64,000 nt of DNA from Candidatus Rifleibacteriota bacterium (GCA_012520995.1 JAAYNI010000033.1:128826-192825); one strand, 5' to 3'; counted from the stretch's first letter, positions 9,642 to 18,736 are shown. Numbers and translations: made by a program. Notes: generated by a model from the sequence alone, not told the origin.

Positions 9642-10214
9642 TTGGAAATATTTTACTCCATGCCTTATGAGGTTTTTTCTTTCGAAGTTGTTCCTTATGG
9701 CTTGCCAGATCTTCTTGAAGGACGTTATATAAAATTGAAATACAGCAACCTTGGACTTGCCGCAACCGATCTGAAAAAGGAAGAGTTGAAGTATGTGTTT
9801 CCGACTTTCAGTAAACAAGCAGCCTATATAACTCTTAAGCAGGAAGGCGAACTGACAAGACTTTCAAAGATATATTTTGATAAGAAAGACTTGCCTGACA
9901 ATGTTTCATTTATAACAACGAAAGAGCACTATATACACACAACGCCTGAAGAATTTACTGTCAGCAGAGGAAGTTTTTGGAATAAGCTGAAAGAACCTGT
10001 GTTTTTTGCTGTTGAGAATTTGCCTGTAACCAGATATTGTATGAAGAAAAGATTGTCTCCTGAGGCTGAAAAGCTATTGGCTTCTTCAGGGTTCAAATAT
10101 GAGGATAAAGAGATAAAAGCTGTTTTGTATTTGAGAGTTTATAAAAATGGACAGGTAGCTGCGGACAAGCTGACAGTTGGCGACAACTCTACTAAGCTGT
10201 CCACTTTGCATTAG
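9642..10214 (+). CDS. GDYXXLXY-domain protein (paralog 2), N-terminally truncated in this frame; possibly frameshifted
   Basis: LPDLLEGRYIKLKY and the C-terminal PEAEKLLASSGFKYEDKEIKAVLYLRVYKNGQVAADKLTVGD align with paralog 1. A TM anchor homologous to paralog 1 is encoded in a different frame (GTG 9562 with AGGAGG Shine-Dalgarno; ...ILKTIGLLLFALAIIAVISC...). The in-frame starts are TTG 9642 or ATG 9660. Confidence 0.5.
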   Translation: MEIFYSMPYEVFSFEVVPYGLPDLLEGRYIKLKYSNLGLAATDLKKEELKYVFPTFSKQAAYITLKQEGELTRLSKIYFDKKDLPDNVSFITTKEHYIHTTPEEFTVSRGSFWNKLKEPVFFAVENLPVTRYCMKKRLSPEAEKLLASSGFKYEDKEIKAVLYLRVYKNGQVAADKLTVGDNSTKLSTLH

Positions 10215-11503
10215 TTAGCGAAGACTACTTTCTCTACACAGCATTCTATTTTTACAGACTCAGCTATGCTTACATTATCTGGCACATTAATGAGAAGTGC
10301 TTTTTCCTGATTGTTCATAATTCGGCCTTCTCGTAGAACCTGAGCTGAAAACTCATGTTTTGTGCCAGTTTCTGAAGTGACTGTAAAATTTAAGGTCATT
10401 TCTATTATTTCTTTGTCAGTAAGATTTGTGCAGTAGACATTTAAAGCTTTACTTGCCATTTTTGGATCAGTTTCAATCTTTATATGTTTTTCTGTTATGG
10501 TTTTATATAGAGCATTCCATTCGCTTATATAATTTGATTCTTGAGGGAATGAATTGGAGAATCTATTTTGATTCTTGATAAATTCTGAAATAAAACCTCT
10601 GGAAGCCATAACTTGAAGTATCGGCAAAATCCATTCTGGATTGCCTGTTTCATAAAATTCAGATAGAGCAATTGAAAGGGCTTTGGTTTCAGTGTTTTGA
10701 TTTTTGGCATATTCAAGCACTTTATCAAAATCGTCTGTTGCATGGGCTGTTGCAAAAATGGTATCAATGCCGGCAGCCAAGGTGTTCCATTCTTGCAGGG
10801 TTACAGGTTTTACGCTGTCAGAGAATTCATATAAAAAAGCTCCTTGTCCTTCGGGGGTGAAGACTCTGGCTTTATAACCTTTGTTTCCTGAAAGTGGTAA
10901 AATATAGCCTTTAAAACCGCCTGGCCACTCATTTTTGTAAACTGTATTTGTTATTCCTTCGTCTACATATAATTTTCCTTTTGCTATGAGCCTTATTGGA
11001 TGCCAAGTTTCATTTAGGACTGCCTCGAAAAACTGCTGTGGAAGTAAAGGAATGGATGATTTAACTAAATAGTTATAAGTTTGGTGTGGCGGAAGCTCAT
11101 CTATGGATGTATCCAAAATGCGTATTTTTCGGCTTCTGGAACGACCGGCTCTTTTAAAAACAGCTGAATCCGTATATATTTCGGTCGGCGTGAAGTCGTT
11201 GGGTACAGGAAAGTTAAAATTGCCCATTTTGAAATAGTAAGAATCAGGGTTTTTTAAAAAACTATTTATTGAGAGTTCTACAGGTTGTGACAAAAACACT
11301 TCTTTTGGAATCTTTAAGCGTTTTGCATAATAGTCACGAAATAAAAAAGGGGCACTTATAACCAGAAGGGTAAAGAGCAGAAAAAGCAAAAGTGTAAGTA
11401 AGATTTTTTGAGTTCTATTCAGATAAAAAAGATTGGTTTTCTGCTTGGTTTTCTCGATGATTTCTTGAATTTTGAGTTGTGCGGTAGAACCCTGTTTGCT
11501 CAT
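10211..11503 (-). CDS. hypothetical bitopic envelope protein (N-in, one TM, large extracytoplasmic domain)
   Basis: 430 aa. N-terminal MSKQGSTAQLKIQEIIEKTKQK, then the TM helix ILLTLLLFLLFTLLVISAPFLF. No recognisable catalytic motifs. The stop overlaps the convergent gene by 4 nt. Confidence 0.5.
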   Translation of the reverse strand: MSKQGSTAQLKIQEIIEKTKQKTNLFYLNRTQKILLTLLLFLLFTLLVISAPFLFRDYYAKRLKIPKEVFLSQPVELSINSFLKNPDSYYFKMGNFNFPVPNDFTPTEIYTDSAVFKRAGRSRSRKIRILDTSIDELPPHQTYNYLVKSSIPLLPQQFFEAVLNETWHPIRLIAKGKLYVDEGITNTVYKNEWPGGFKGYILPLSGNKGYKARVFTPEGQGAFLYEFSDSVKPVTLQEWNTLAAGIDTIFATAHATDDFDKVLEYAKNQNTETKALSIALSEFYETGNPEWILPILQVMASRGFISEFIKNQNRFSNSFPQESNYISEWNALYKTITEKHIKIETDPKMASKALNVYCTNLTDKEIIEMTLNFTVTSETGTKHEFSAQVLREGRIMNNQEKALLINVPDNVSIAESVKIECCVEKVVFAN

Positions 11504-12654
11504 AGCGAGTCAGAGGATGTTTTAATTATTTGCAACTCTTCAATCAGATTTTGAACATTATCAAAAAGAGCAGTTTCAGGATATTCTGCTATTAATTGCT
11601 GGCAAAGCTGCAAAGCTTCTTCGATTTTGCCTGAAGAAATAAGAAAATCACATTTTTGCATCAGCAGCCTGTCATAAAGCTTATTGCCCTTAAGGCTTGT
11701 CAGAGCTTCGTCTAAAGCGAGCTTAGCTGAATCTGTTTTTCCTGTTTTGTTAGATCGGGCTATTTCATAGTATGTTTTGAGGGCATTTAAGTTGTCCATG
11801 TTAGCATTCAGGAACTCAAGTTCACTTTGAGCCTTTTCCACGCAATCTTCTTCCGGCAATTCTAAAACGATTTTTTCGTATAATTCCATGGCTCTTTGGA
11901 AATTGAAAGAGAAAGCGGAGGCTTCCGCTTGCTGTATCAACATCTCTGCGAATATTTCGGGAGTGATTTCTCCAGAAGAGGCTGCTATCGCTTGCTCATA
12001 TAGCTGGGCTGAGAGAGCTGGATCCCCGCTTAGCATAGCATAAGCGGCTTTGTTCATTATTATATTAAAATGATTGCCTGAGGAAAGTCTTGAATCTTTC
12101 AAAACTATTTTGCCGTTTTCATAGGCCAGAATTTTGGATGCAATCAGAAGCGGGGGGCCGTAGTCATGGTAAATCAGCTTTTGTTGAGCATGTATTGCCG
12201 GTTTGCCTTGATAGTTAGCTATATAAAGTTCTTTGCACCAATTGTTTTCAGGATCCGCTTCATTTAAAATAAACGGGATTTTTTCGGGAGTTCCGCTTTT
12301 TAATGTGTAAAAGAGCGGCAAGAGCTCGTCATATGAAGAGAAGGAAATGAGAACTATAAGTTCGTCATGTCCGTCTAAATCCAAGTCGTGTCTGACCAAG
12401 CCTTTGGGTATATAGCCGTCATAGGCATCAAAAAGTATTTTTTCGCCATTTTCTTTTTCTAAGCATAGCTCGGCTCTGATTATATTTTCATCGCTCCGAG
12501 CTGCTAAGGAAAATAGTCCAAGTCCTTTAACAAGAGTTTCGTATGCAAAGGATTCAATTGGGAATAGGATGAGCAAAGACAGTGCTATAAGAGCAAGAAC
12601 TGCTCGGGTTTGCTTCTTTAAAGAATTTTTAAGCGGCATAAAAAACTCCATCAA
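11500..12654 (-). CDS. hypothetical secreted protein with C-terminal TPR-like helical repeats
   Basis: 384 aa. Signal peptide (AVLALIALSLLILFPIESFA). The C-terminal half has repeated A/L/E/Y helical-hairpin pattern (YEIARSNKTGKTDSAKLALDEALTSLKGNKLYDRLLMQKCDFLISSGKIEEALQLCQQLIAEYP). The ATGA overlap with the downstream gene suggests translational coupling. Confidence 0.5.
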   Translation of the reverse strand: MMEFFMPLKNSLKKQTRAVLALIALSLLILFPIESFAYETLVKGLGLFSLAARSDENIIRAELCLEKENGEKILFDAYDGYIPKGLVRHDLDLDGHDELIVLISFSSYDELLPLFYTLKSGTPEKIPFILNEADPENNWCKELYIANYQGKPAIHAQQKLIYHDYGPPLLIASKILAYENGKIVLKDSRLSSGNHFNIIMNKAAYAMLSGDPALSAQLYEQAIAASSGEITPEIFAEMLIQQAEASAFSFNFQRAMELYEKIVLELPEEDCVEKAQSELEFLNANMDNLNALKTYYEIARSNKTGKTDSAKLALDEALTSLKGNKLYDRLLMQKCDFLISSGKIEEALQLCQQLIAEYPETALFDNVQNLIEELQIIKTSSDSL

Positions 12655-13658
12655 ATGCCAAAGCGTTCTCTGTATGCTTGTTTTGATAATTCAAGGGCTC
12701 TTGAGGCCACTTCATCTATGTTTGCTTCAAGGCTGCATCCAGAGGCAGCCAAATGTCCGCCTCCTCCAAAGGCTACGGCTACGTCTCTGACGTTTATTCC
12801 GCCTCTGGAACGAAATTCGCAGGCAGTCATACCATCTTCTCGTTCAAAAACGGTGATTGCAAGCATCACGCTTCTTATGGTGAGCGGCATATTAAAGATG
12901 CCGCTTCCATAAATGTTGGAGACTGTTGCATTCAAGGCTTTGAGATCTTTTTGTTTTATGACTGACAAAGAAATTTTATCATCTTCATGGGTTTCAAGAT
13001 TGCTCAAAGCTAATGAAAGGACTTGGAGATCAGTAAAGCTGCGGCTGGAATTCAGTCTTTCCAAAATCGGCATTTGATCCAATCCAGTGGAAAGTAATAT
13101 TGAAGCAGCTTTGTGAGTGTCAGCAGAGACATTGTCTACCTGAAAAAATCTTGAGTCTGTAAACATGCCCAAGATCAAACTTTCAGCTGCATCTTTATCT
13201 AATGGAAATCCAAATTTGTCAAAGAAGAGTGTTAGTATCTGGGTGGTAGCCGCAGATGAAGTGTCGACAAGGTTTATATTGCCGAACATGGTGTTGCTGG
13301 CGTGGTGATCTATATTTACCAGAGGAGTTTTATTGGAATCTCTGATGACTTTGCAGCCAGTTCTTTCTTCTTCTCCACAATCGAGGACTACATACACATC
13401 GTGGTCGGAAACAAATTCTGTTTCTCTGATTTGATTTATATTGTCGGGAAATAGATATGCGAAGGAGCCTGGAATATTATCAGGCATCAGCAAATCCACC
13501 TTTTTGCCAAGTGCGTTGAGTACCTTGAAAAGACCCGATAAAGAGCCGCAAGCATCTCCATCAGGTCTAAGATGAGCTGAAACAAGGAAGGATTCAGAGT
13601 CGCGGAACAATTCCGCGGCTCGTTTTGCTTCATCATAAAGTTTATTATTCAAGGGCAT
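12651..13658 (-). CDS. nrnA: DHH-DHHA1 phosphoesterase, NrnA-type (oligoribonuclease / pAp phosphatase)
   Basis: HLRPDGDACGSLSGL (DHH motif I), VVLDCG, NIDHHASN (DHH motif), and the C-terminal DHHA1 GGGGHLAASG. It is about 335 aa, typical of NrnA. Confidence 0.8.
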   Translation of the reverse strand: MPLNNKLYDEAKRAAELFRDSESFLVSAHLRPDGDACGSLSGLFKVLNALGKKVDLLMPDNIPGSFAYLFPDNINQIRETEFVSDHDVYVVLDCGEEERTGCKVIRDSNKTPLVNIDHHASNTMFGNINLVDTSSAATTQILTLFFDKFGFPLDKDAAESLILGMFTDSRFFQVDNVSADTHKAASILLSTGLDQMPILERLNSSRSFTDLQVLSLALSNLETHEDDKISLSVIKQKDLKALNATVSNIYGSGIFNMPLTIRSVMLAITVFEREDGMTACEFRSRGGINVRDVAVAFGGGGHLAASGCSLEANIDEVASRALELSKQAYRERFGI

Positions 13659-15111
13659 CGTCTGTGTCCGTTACATATTTCAGTATTGCGTCTACGTCTT
13701 TTTTCATAAGGTCGCAATAGTTGGTTTTAGCATCAGGCAATTCGCCTTCTGGGCCTATTTCAGCCAGGTCTATTGTAGCTTTTTCTAGAACGTCCGCAAG
13801 CATATCGCGAATCTCAAACCAAGCAGTCAGGCGAGGTTCAAAGGAAGCAAACTCAAGGCTTTCGTAACCAGCGTTAAGGCGCGAGTCATTGCGTCTTGCT
13901 TCCATCATTTCAGGAGAAGTGACAGAAGATATGCGGACAGGCAGATAGGTTGTGTTGCGGCTCCAGTATGAGCCGTTTTCAGTTGAGGTGAACCATTTTA
14001 CGAAGTCCCAAGCGCCTGCGATTTTTTCAGGATCGCCGTTATTGAATATGTTTATGTTGGTTCCTGAAAGAATAAGACCCATGTTCAGGTATGGTTCTCC
14101 GTCTTTTTCCATTTCATAGCCTGGCATGGGTGCCATTCCCCAATCAAATCGGATGGAATTTTGCATATACACCTTACTGACTATACTTGCTTCTATCATA
14201 GCTACTTTGCCTGAAGTGAAGTCGTTTTGATGGTCAAAGCCTTGTCCTTCTTTGGCATATCTGAAGGTTACCGTTCTTTCTTTGCCATCTTTGTCCAAGG
14301 CAGTTTTTTTGCGGTAGCGCATGAGTTCCTGGAGGATTTTCAAAGCTTTTACAGCAGGTTCTTCATCAAAGTGGGAGTAGAGAATGCCGTCTGAGCCTTG
14401 GCTAACAATTTTGCCGCCGCAAGCTCTGACTTTGCAGAGGTAGGTCCAAACGTTAGCCGCTGAACTCGCAAAGCCGCAATAATCATATTTGCCAGGTTGT
14501 TTGCCGTAATAATCGGTAATTTTTTTGCAATACTCGATCATCTGTTGATAGGATTTCGGGGGCTTTTCCGGATCCAGACCTACTTCCCGGAACATATCCT
14601 TATTGTAGTAAAGTATAGGAACGCTTTTGTTGAAAGGGAAGGAGTAAAGAATACCATCGTAAGTGTTGTTTCTGAGAAGCACAGGTATGATATCTTTTCT
14701 GATATCTTCGCCGCCAGCTGCTATATCTTTTTCTATAAGTTCATCCAGAGAGACAATTTTTTTGTGAGTAATGAACTTTTTAGTGAGGGTTTCATAGTTT
14801 TGAGCTATATCGGGAGCTTCTTTTGCGATAAGCGAGGCCAAAAGCTTCTTGGATAGGGTATCGTAACTGCCCATTGAAACCGCTTTTAAGTGGTATTTGT
14901 CACTTTGTGCATTGTAATTGGCGATCATTTCATTCATGACATCGCCAAGAACCCCGCCCATTGCATGCCAGAATACCACTTCGGTTCTGCCGCCTCCAGC
15001 ACTTTCAACCTCAACTCTGGCTTTTCTGGCTCTAGAGTTGGGGCCAAAAAGCATATATACGGTTACCAGCCATATAATGAATACTATTATTAAGAAATGT
15101 TTTGGTTTCAT
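13645..15111 (-). CDS. ABC transporter extracellular solute-binding protein (family 1, carbohydrate-type)
   Basis: 488 aa. N-terminal signal anchor. EVVFWHAMGGVLGDVMNEMIANYNA is the typical SBP_bac_1 start. It lies adjacent to two MalF/MalG-type permeases. Confidence 0.7.
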   Translation of the reverse strand: MKPKHFLIIVFIIWLVTVYMLFGPNSRARKARVEVESAGGGRTEVVFWHAMGGVLGDVMNEMIANYNAQSDKYHLKAVSMGSYDTLSKKLLASLIAKEAPDIAQNYETLTKKFITHKKIVSLDELIEKDIAAGGEDIRKDIIPVLLRNNTYDGILYSFPFNKSVPILYYNKDMFREVGLDPEKPPKSYQQMIEYCKKITDYYGKQPGKYDYCGFASSAANVWTYLCKVRACGGKIVSQGSDGILYSHFDEEPAVKALKILQELMRYRKKTALDKDGKERTVTFRYAKEGQGFDHQNDFTSGKVAMIEASIVSKVYMQNSIRFDWGMAPMPGYEMEKDGEPYLNMGLILSGTNINIFNNGDPEKIAGAWDFVKWFTSTENGSYWSRNTTYLPVRISSVTSPEMMEARRNDSRLNAGYESLEFASFEPRLTAWFEIRDMLADVLEKATIDLAEIGPEGELPDAKTNYCDLMKKDVDAILKYVTDTDDALE

Positions 15112-15115
15112 TATA

Positions 15116-16144
15116 TCACTCCTTCATTCCGCTGCTCATCTGCGACTCAACAAACTGCTTTTGAGCGAAGAAGTACATAATCATCAGCGGTAAAACAGTC
15201 ATGGTCGAGGCTGCCATCAAGGGGCCCCAATCATTGCCCGCGTCAGACTGGAAGTAGCTCAAACCTACTTGCAAAACTCTCAGGTTTTCATCGTTTGTAA
15301 CTATTAAGGGCCAAATAAAGGCGTTCCAGTTTGAGAGGAAAGTGAAGATTCCCAATGTGACCAGCGGGGATTTGCAGAGAGGCAGAGCTACCATCCAGTA
15401 AAACTGGAAGCGAGTGCATCCGTCGATGGTCGCAGCTTCAAAGAGGTCTTTGGGCAGCTGCATAAAGAACTGTCTCAAGAAGAATACCGCATAGGCAGAG
15501 GCAAACCAAGGAACTGTTAAAGCCAGATAGGTATTGACCCATCCGATTTTTGACAAAACTATGTAGTTGGGAATCAGCAAAGCTTGCTGAGGCAACATCA
15601 TTGTGCCAAGCAGAAGCATAAATAGAGCATTTTGATAGGGAAATTTGAAGAATGCGAAGGAAAAGGCTGCTAAGGAAGCAAAGAATAGCGAAACGGCAGT
15701 AACAGTGATACTCACAAATATCGTATTGAGAAAATACTGTCCAAAAGGCTGTTGCTTTAAGGCTTCTTTATAGTTGTCCCATAATTCGAAGGGTTTTCGC
15801 AACTTTCTGTCTTTTTCCTGAGCTTCTTTCATCAGGCTGTCTATGGATACATTTTTGCCTGCTTTGACTAATTCAGCCTGTTTTTTTTCAGCAGCAGCTT
15901 TGGCTTCATTCCATGCCTTCTCATCATTTGCTTGTTGCTCTAAACGGGCTTTTGCATCATCATCGTTGAAAATTTCCGGTCTCATGCTGTCTGGCAAGAC
16001 ATTGATTGTATCGCTTGGCGCAGTCAGCTCAGCTTTGCTCTTGAAGGATGAGAAGAACATCCAGACAAATGGGAAAAGCATGAAAAAAGAGCCAATAATA
16101 AGCAGGAGGTGAACCGTAAAATGTTTTAGTTGTTGTGTTGTCAT
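15116..16144 (-). CDS. carbohydrate ABC transporter permease (MalG/UgpE-type) with a long charged periplasmic-loop insertion
   Basis: N-terminal HLLLIIGSFFMLFPFVWMFFSSFKS. EAA-loop region (ATIDGCTRFQFYWMVALPL). A roughly 95-aa K/A/E-rich coiled-coil insertion lies between TM1 and TM2 (DDDAKARLEQQANDEKAWNEAKAAAEKKQAELVKAGK...). Confidence 0.75.
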   Translation of the reverse strand: MTTQQLKHFTVHLLLIIGSFFMLFPFVWMFFSSFKSKAELTAPSDTINVLPDSMRPEIFNDDDAKARLEQQANDEKAWNEAKAAAEKKQAELVKAGKNVSIDSLMKEAQEKDRKLRKPFELWDNYKEALKQQPFGQYFLNTIFVSITVTAVSLFFASLAAFSFAFFKFPYQNALFMLLLGTMMLPQQALLIPNYIVLSKIGWVNTYLALTVPWFASAYAVFFLRQFFMQLPKDLFEAATIDGCTRFQFYWMVALPLCKSPLVTLGIFTFLSNWNAFIWPLIVTNDENLRVLQVGLSYFQSDAGNDWGPLMAASTMTVLPLMIMYFFAQKQFVESQMSSGMKE

Positions 16145-16159
16145 TGTTCAGCCTCTCTT

Positions 16160-17038
16160 TCAGTTGTAGTGAACACGCTTTTCGACTACAAGTTTGTTGA
16201 AGAGAGTCAAAGCGAGAATTATAAGGAAGAGTACAAAGGCCATAGCCAAAGCATAGCCGAACTCGAATTGTTCAAAGGCTTTTCTGTAAAGGTAATAAAC
16301 CACAACCATCGTGGATTTGAGAGGACCTCCTCGCGGAGTCATCATATAGACCTGCGAAAAGACTTGGAACGAGCCTATGACCGACATGACTGTAATAAAG
16401 AATGTTGTCGGAGTTAAAAGTGGCCAAGTTATGTGGCGGAATTGCTGAAAAACATTTGCTCCGTCCAAGGTGGCTGCTTCATAAAGCTGCTTGGGAATGT
16501 TTTGAAGGCCTGCAAGGAAGATAATTATATTGCTTCCCAAGCCTTTCCATACGCTCATTACTACTATGGCCATCATGGCTGTTTTCGGGTTTTGAAGCCA
16601 TCGGACAGGCTCTAACCCAAAGCCCGCAAGAACCTTGTTTAAAAGTCCGAACTCGGGGTTATATATAAAGTTCCATACTAGTGCTACGGCGTTGATGGAA
16701 GTAATAACAGGTAAAAAATAGATGGTTCTGTAAACGCCTATGCCTTTGATTGGATTGTTCAGCAAAATTGCTATGAACATTGAGAGAAAAATTATCAACG
16801 GTATGCTTGTAAGAGCATATATTGCTGTATTGATTAAAGATTTTTTGAATAATGGATCGCTGAATAGTCTTGCGTAGTTATGAAAGCCGATGAGTTTCGG
16901 CGAGCCGATCAAATCCCACTCAAAGAAGCTTACGACTAAGGCCATAACCATAGGCAGGACGTGAAAAGCGATTATTATTATTAGAACTGGCAGCAAATAA
17001 GCGTATGCTCCCCAGTCTATTTTTTTTGTTTTATTCAT
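16160..17038 (-). CDS. carbohydrate ABC transporter permease (MalF/UgpA-type)
   Basis: Six TM helices. EAA motif LYEAATLDGANVFQQFRHITWPLL. Start chosen at MNKTKK; the ORF track starts 13 codons earlier at 17077, inside a hairpin. Confidence 0.75.
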   Translation of the reverse strand: MNKTKKIDWGAYAYLLPVLIIIIAFHVLPMVMALVVSFFEWDLIGSPKLIGFHNYARLFSDPLFKKSLINTAIYALTSIPLIIFLSMFIAILLNNPIKGIGVYRTIYFLPVITSINAVALVWNFIYNPEFGLLNKVLAGFGLEPVRWLQNPKTAMMAIVVMSVWKGLGSNIIIFLAGLQNIPKQLYEAATLDGANVFQQFRHITWPLLTPTTFFITVMSVIGSFQVFSQVYMMTPRGGPLKSTMVVVYYLYRKAFEQFEFGYALAMAFVLFLIILALTLFNKLVVEKRVHYN

Positions 17039-17064
17039 TGTCTTTTCCTGTTTGAGATCGAGAG

Positions 17065-17097
17065 CCAAGGTCTCCATACTGCCTGCGGAGACCTTGG
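17065..17097 (-). promoter_or_regulatory. perfect 11-bp stem / 11-nt loop intercistronic hairpin (no U-tract)
   Basis: CCAAGGTCTCC (17065-17075) pairs with GGAGACCTTGG (17087-17097). It lies 13 nt after the stop of the upstream gene and overlaps or precedes the permease start. No T-run follows, so it is not a canonical intrinsic terminator. It is a candidate mRNA stability or processing element. Confidence 0.4.
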
Positions 17098-17110
17098 ATT
17101 TTAGATTGTT

Positions 17111-18736
17111 TTAGCGTTTTTTGCTGGTGGCAAGAAACTTCATGAGATTGTCATAAAGCTGGGGTGTTTCATGTATGAAAGGATTGGGGCCAGGCTGAGC
17201 CATGTTGATGTCGCTGTCGGGATATTGATAATCAGTGAAGTTGCAGCAACCGCTCAGAACTAAGGTTCCGTTGACTATTTTTTCCATAGCCATCATGGGG
17301 ATTCCTGAGCCTTTTTCATACATAACAGCAGGTATTTTAGGGAATCCGTCTTTATTAAAGGTATCTTTTCCGCCTTTAACCAAAATTTCAACTCCATCGC
17401 TTTCTTTTAGAGGCTGATTTTTACGATTGATCAGAGAACAGCTGCCCCAGAAGATGGCTTTTTTGAGTCCATTGGTTACAGGGTGGTTTTCCTTGAAGTT
17501 GAAGGCTATTACGCCCCAAGGTTTATTGGTTTTATTCTTGGGGTCATGAATCTGGTCATCGTTAAAGCGCATTACGGCACCGATCTTTGTTAGAAGATTG
17601 TTCAAGGTTTGAGTGCCTCTGAGCCTGTCAGAGTCCCAAGCGCATGCCAAAAAGAGGTTGCCGCCGCTCATAAACCAATCGGATATAGCTGCGACTTCGC
17701 TGTCGAGAATTTTAAGACTGGGATCTGGAATAATCAGGGTGTTGAAGTTTTTAAGTGTTTCAGGCTTGATTAGATTCAAGCTGTAATAAACCTTCAATCC
17801 CATTTTGTTCATGTGTCTTTCAAAGGTAGCCATTTTGTCGGAAGATGCGTTTCCATGGGCTGCATCTACGAGAATGTTTATCTTTTTTTCGGAGGCCTTG
17901 GCTTCATTGAAAAAACTGACTTTTCTGGAAGGAATTCTTTTGGAAGGGTTTTCACCTGTAATCCAAGTAACAGCGTTATAAGCTATTTGCGGGTGCGAAT
18001 ACATGAAAGAGTCATAGCTGTCATGCAATTTGCCTTTGGTGCCGTCGCCTGTGCCATCATCGAAAGGTGAACTATCGCCGATGGCGAAAACTCTGCCTTT
18101 GTGATACTCAGAGACTAGCATGTAAGGAGCTTTGGCTATTCTGCTGTCTACTAATCCTGTTACCTTGGTATTGGGAGCTGAGAGTATTTCCATTGTTGCG
18201 CCTGCCCATATGCCTACAGCTCTGAAGCCATACATGGCAGGGTGAGATGTGTTTATCTTTCCTGTTACGGGCGCTTCATAGACAGTATTTTGCATAAATT
18301 TGAAACCAAACTCAGGAACGAACTCGTTGAAAATTCTTACTGCGTCCCAGCCGTTTCCGTTTCGGTCTGCATTGTGGTGATCGGAAATAATAAAAAGGCC
18401 GCCGCCGTTTTTGACGTAGTTTACCAATGCTTCAATTTCAGATTTTGAGTAGGGATCATTCGGCTCTGGCAAGACTATGGCATCATAAGTTTTAACAAGT
18501 TCATGTGTAAAAACTTTGCCTGGACTTACAGCACTAAGATTGTCCAATTTGTACCCGTTTTCTTTCAGCATGTCGCCCATGTCAGAATAACCGCCTTCGA
18601 TTATCCAGCTTGCGTTGCCTGCTGTTTGGGCATGAGTGTTGTCAAAAAGAACCCTTTTTGGAGCAGCATTTAGAGAACTTGGGAAAATTATAGCTAAAAG
18701 GAACAAGGACATTATAAAGGTTGTGAGCTTTTTCAT
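17111..18736 (-). CDS. secreted protein with two tandem DUF4350-like (class-I glutamine amidotransferase-like fold) domains
   Basis: Signal peptide. Repeat 1: RVLFDNTHAQ...YDAIVLPEPNDPYSKSEIEALVNYVKNGGGLFIISDHH. Repeat 2: INILVDAAHGN...FNTLIIPDPSLKILDSEVAAISDWFMSGGNLFLACAW. It is first in the ABC importer operon. The family resemblance is by eye. Confidence 0.5.
   Translation of the reverse strand: MKKLTTFIMSLFLLAIIFPSSLNAAPKRVLFDNTHAQTAGNASWIIEGGYSDMGDMLKENGYKLDNLSAVSPGKVFTHELVKTYDAIVLPEPNDPYSKSEIEALVNYVKNGGGLFIISDHHNADRNGNGWDAVRIFNEFVPEFGFKFMQNTVYEAPVTGKINTSHPAMYGFRAVGIWAGATMEILSAPNTKVTGLVDSRIAKAPYMLVSEYHKGRVFAIGDSSPFDDGTGDGTKGKLHDSYDSFMYSHPQIAYNAVTWITGENPSKRIPSRKVSFFNEAKASEKKINILVDAAHGNASSDKMATFERHMNKMGLKVYYSLNLIKPETLKNFNTLIIPDPSLKILDSEVAAISDWFMSGGNLFLACAWDSDRLRGTQTLNNLLTKIGAVMRFNDDQIHDPKNKTNKPWGVIAFNFKENHPVTNGLKKAIFWGSCSLINRKNQPLKESDGVEILVKGGKDTFNKDGFPKIPAVMYEKGSGIPMMAMEKIVNGTLVLSGCCNFTDYQYPDSDINMAQPGPNPFIHETPQLYDNLMKFLATSKKR

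Noticed and set aside
9523-9818. Two overlapping minus-strand ORFs (80 and 92 aa)
   Set aside because: They overlap the RBS and TM-anchor segment and the GDYXXLXY domain start of paralog 2 on the plus strand. The plus-strand homology to paralog 1 explains the region.
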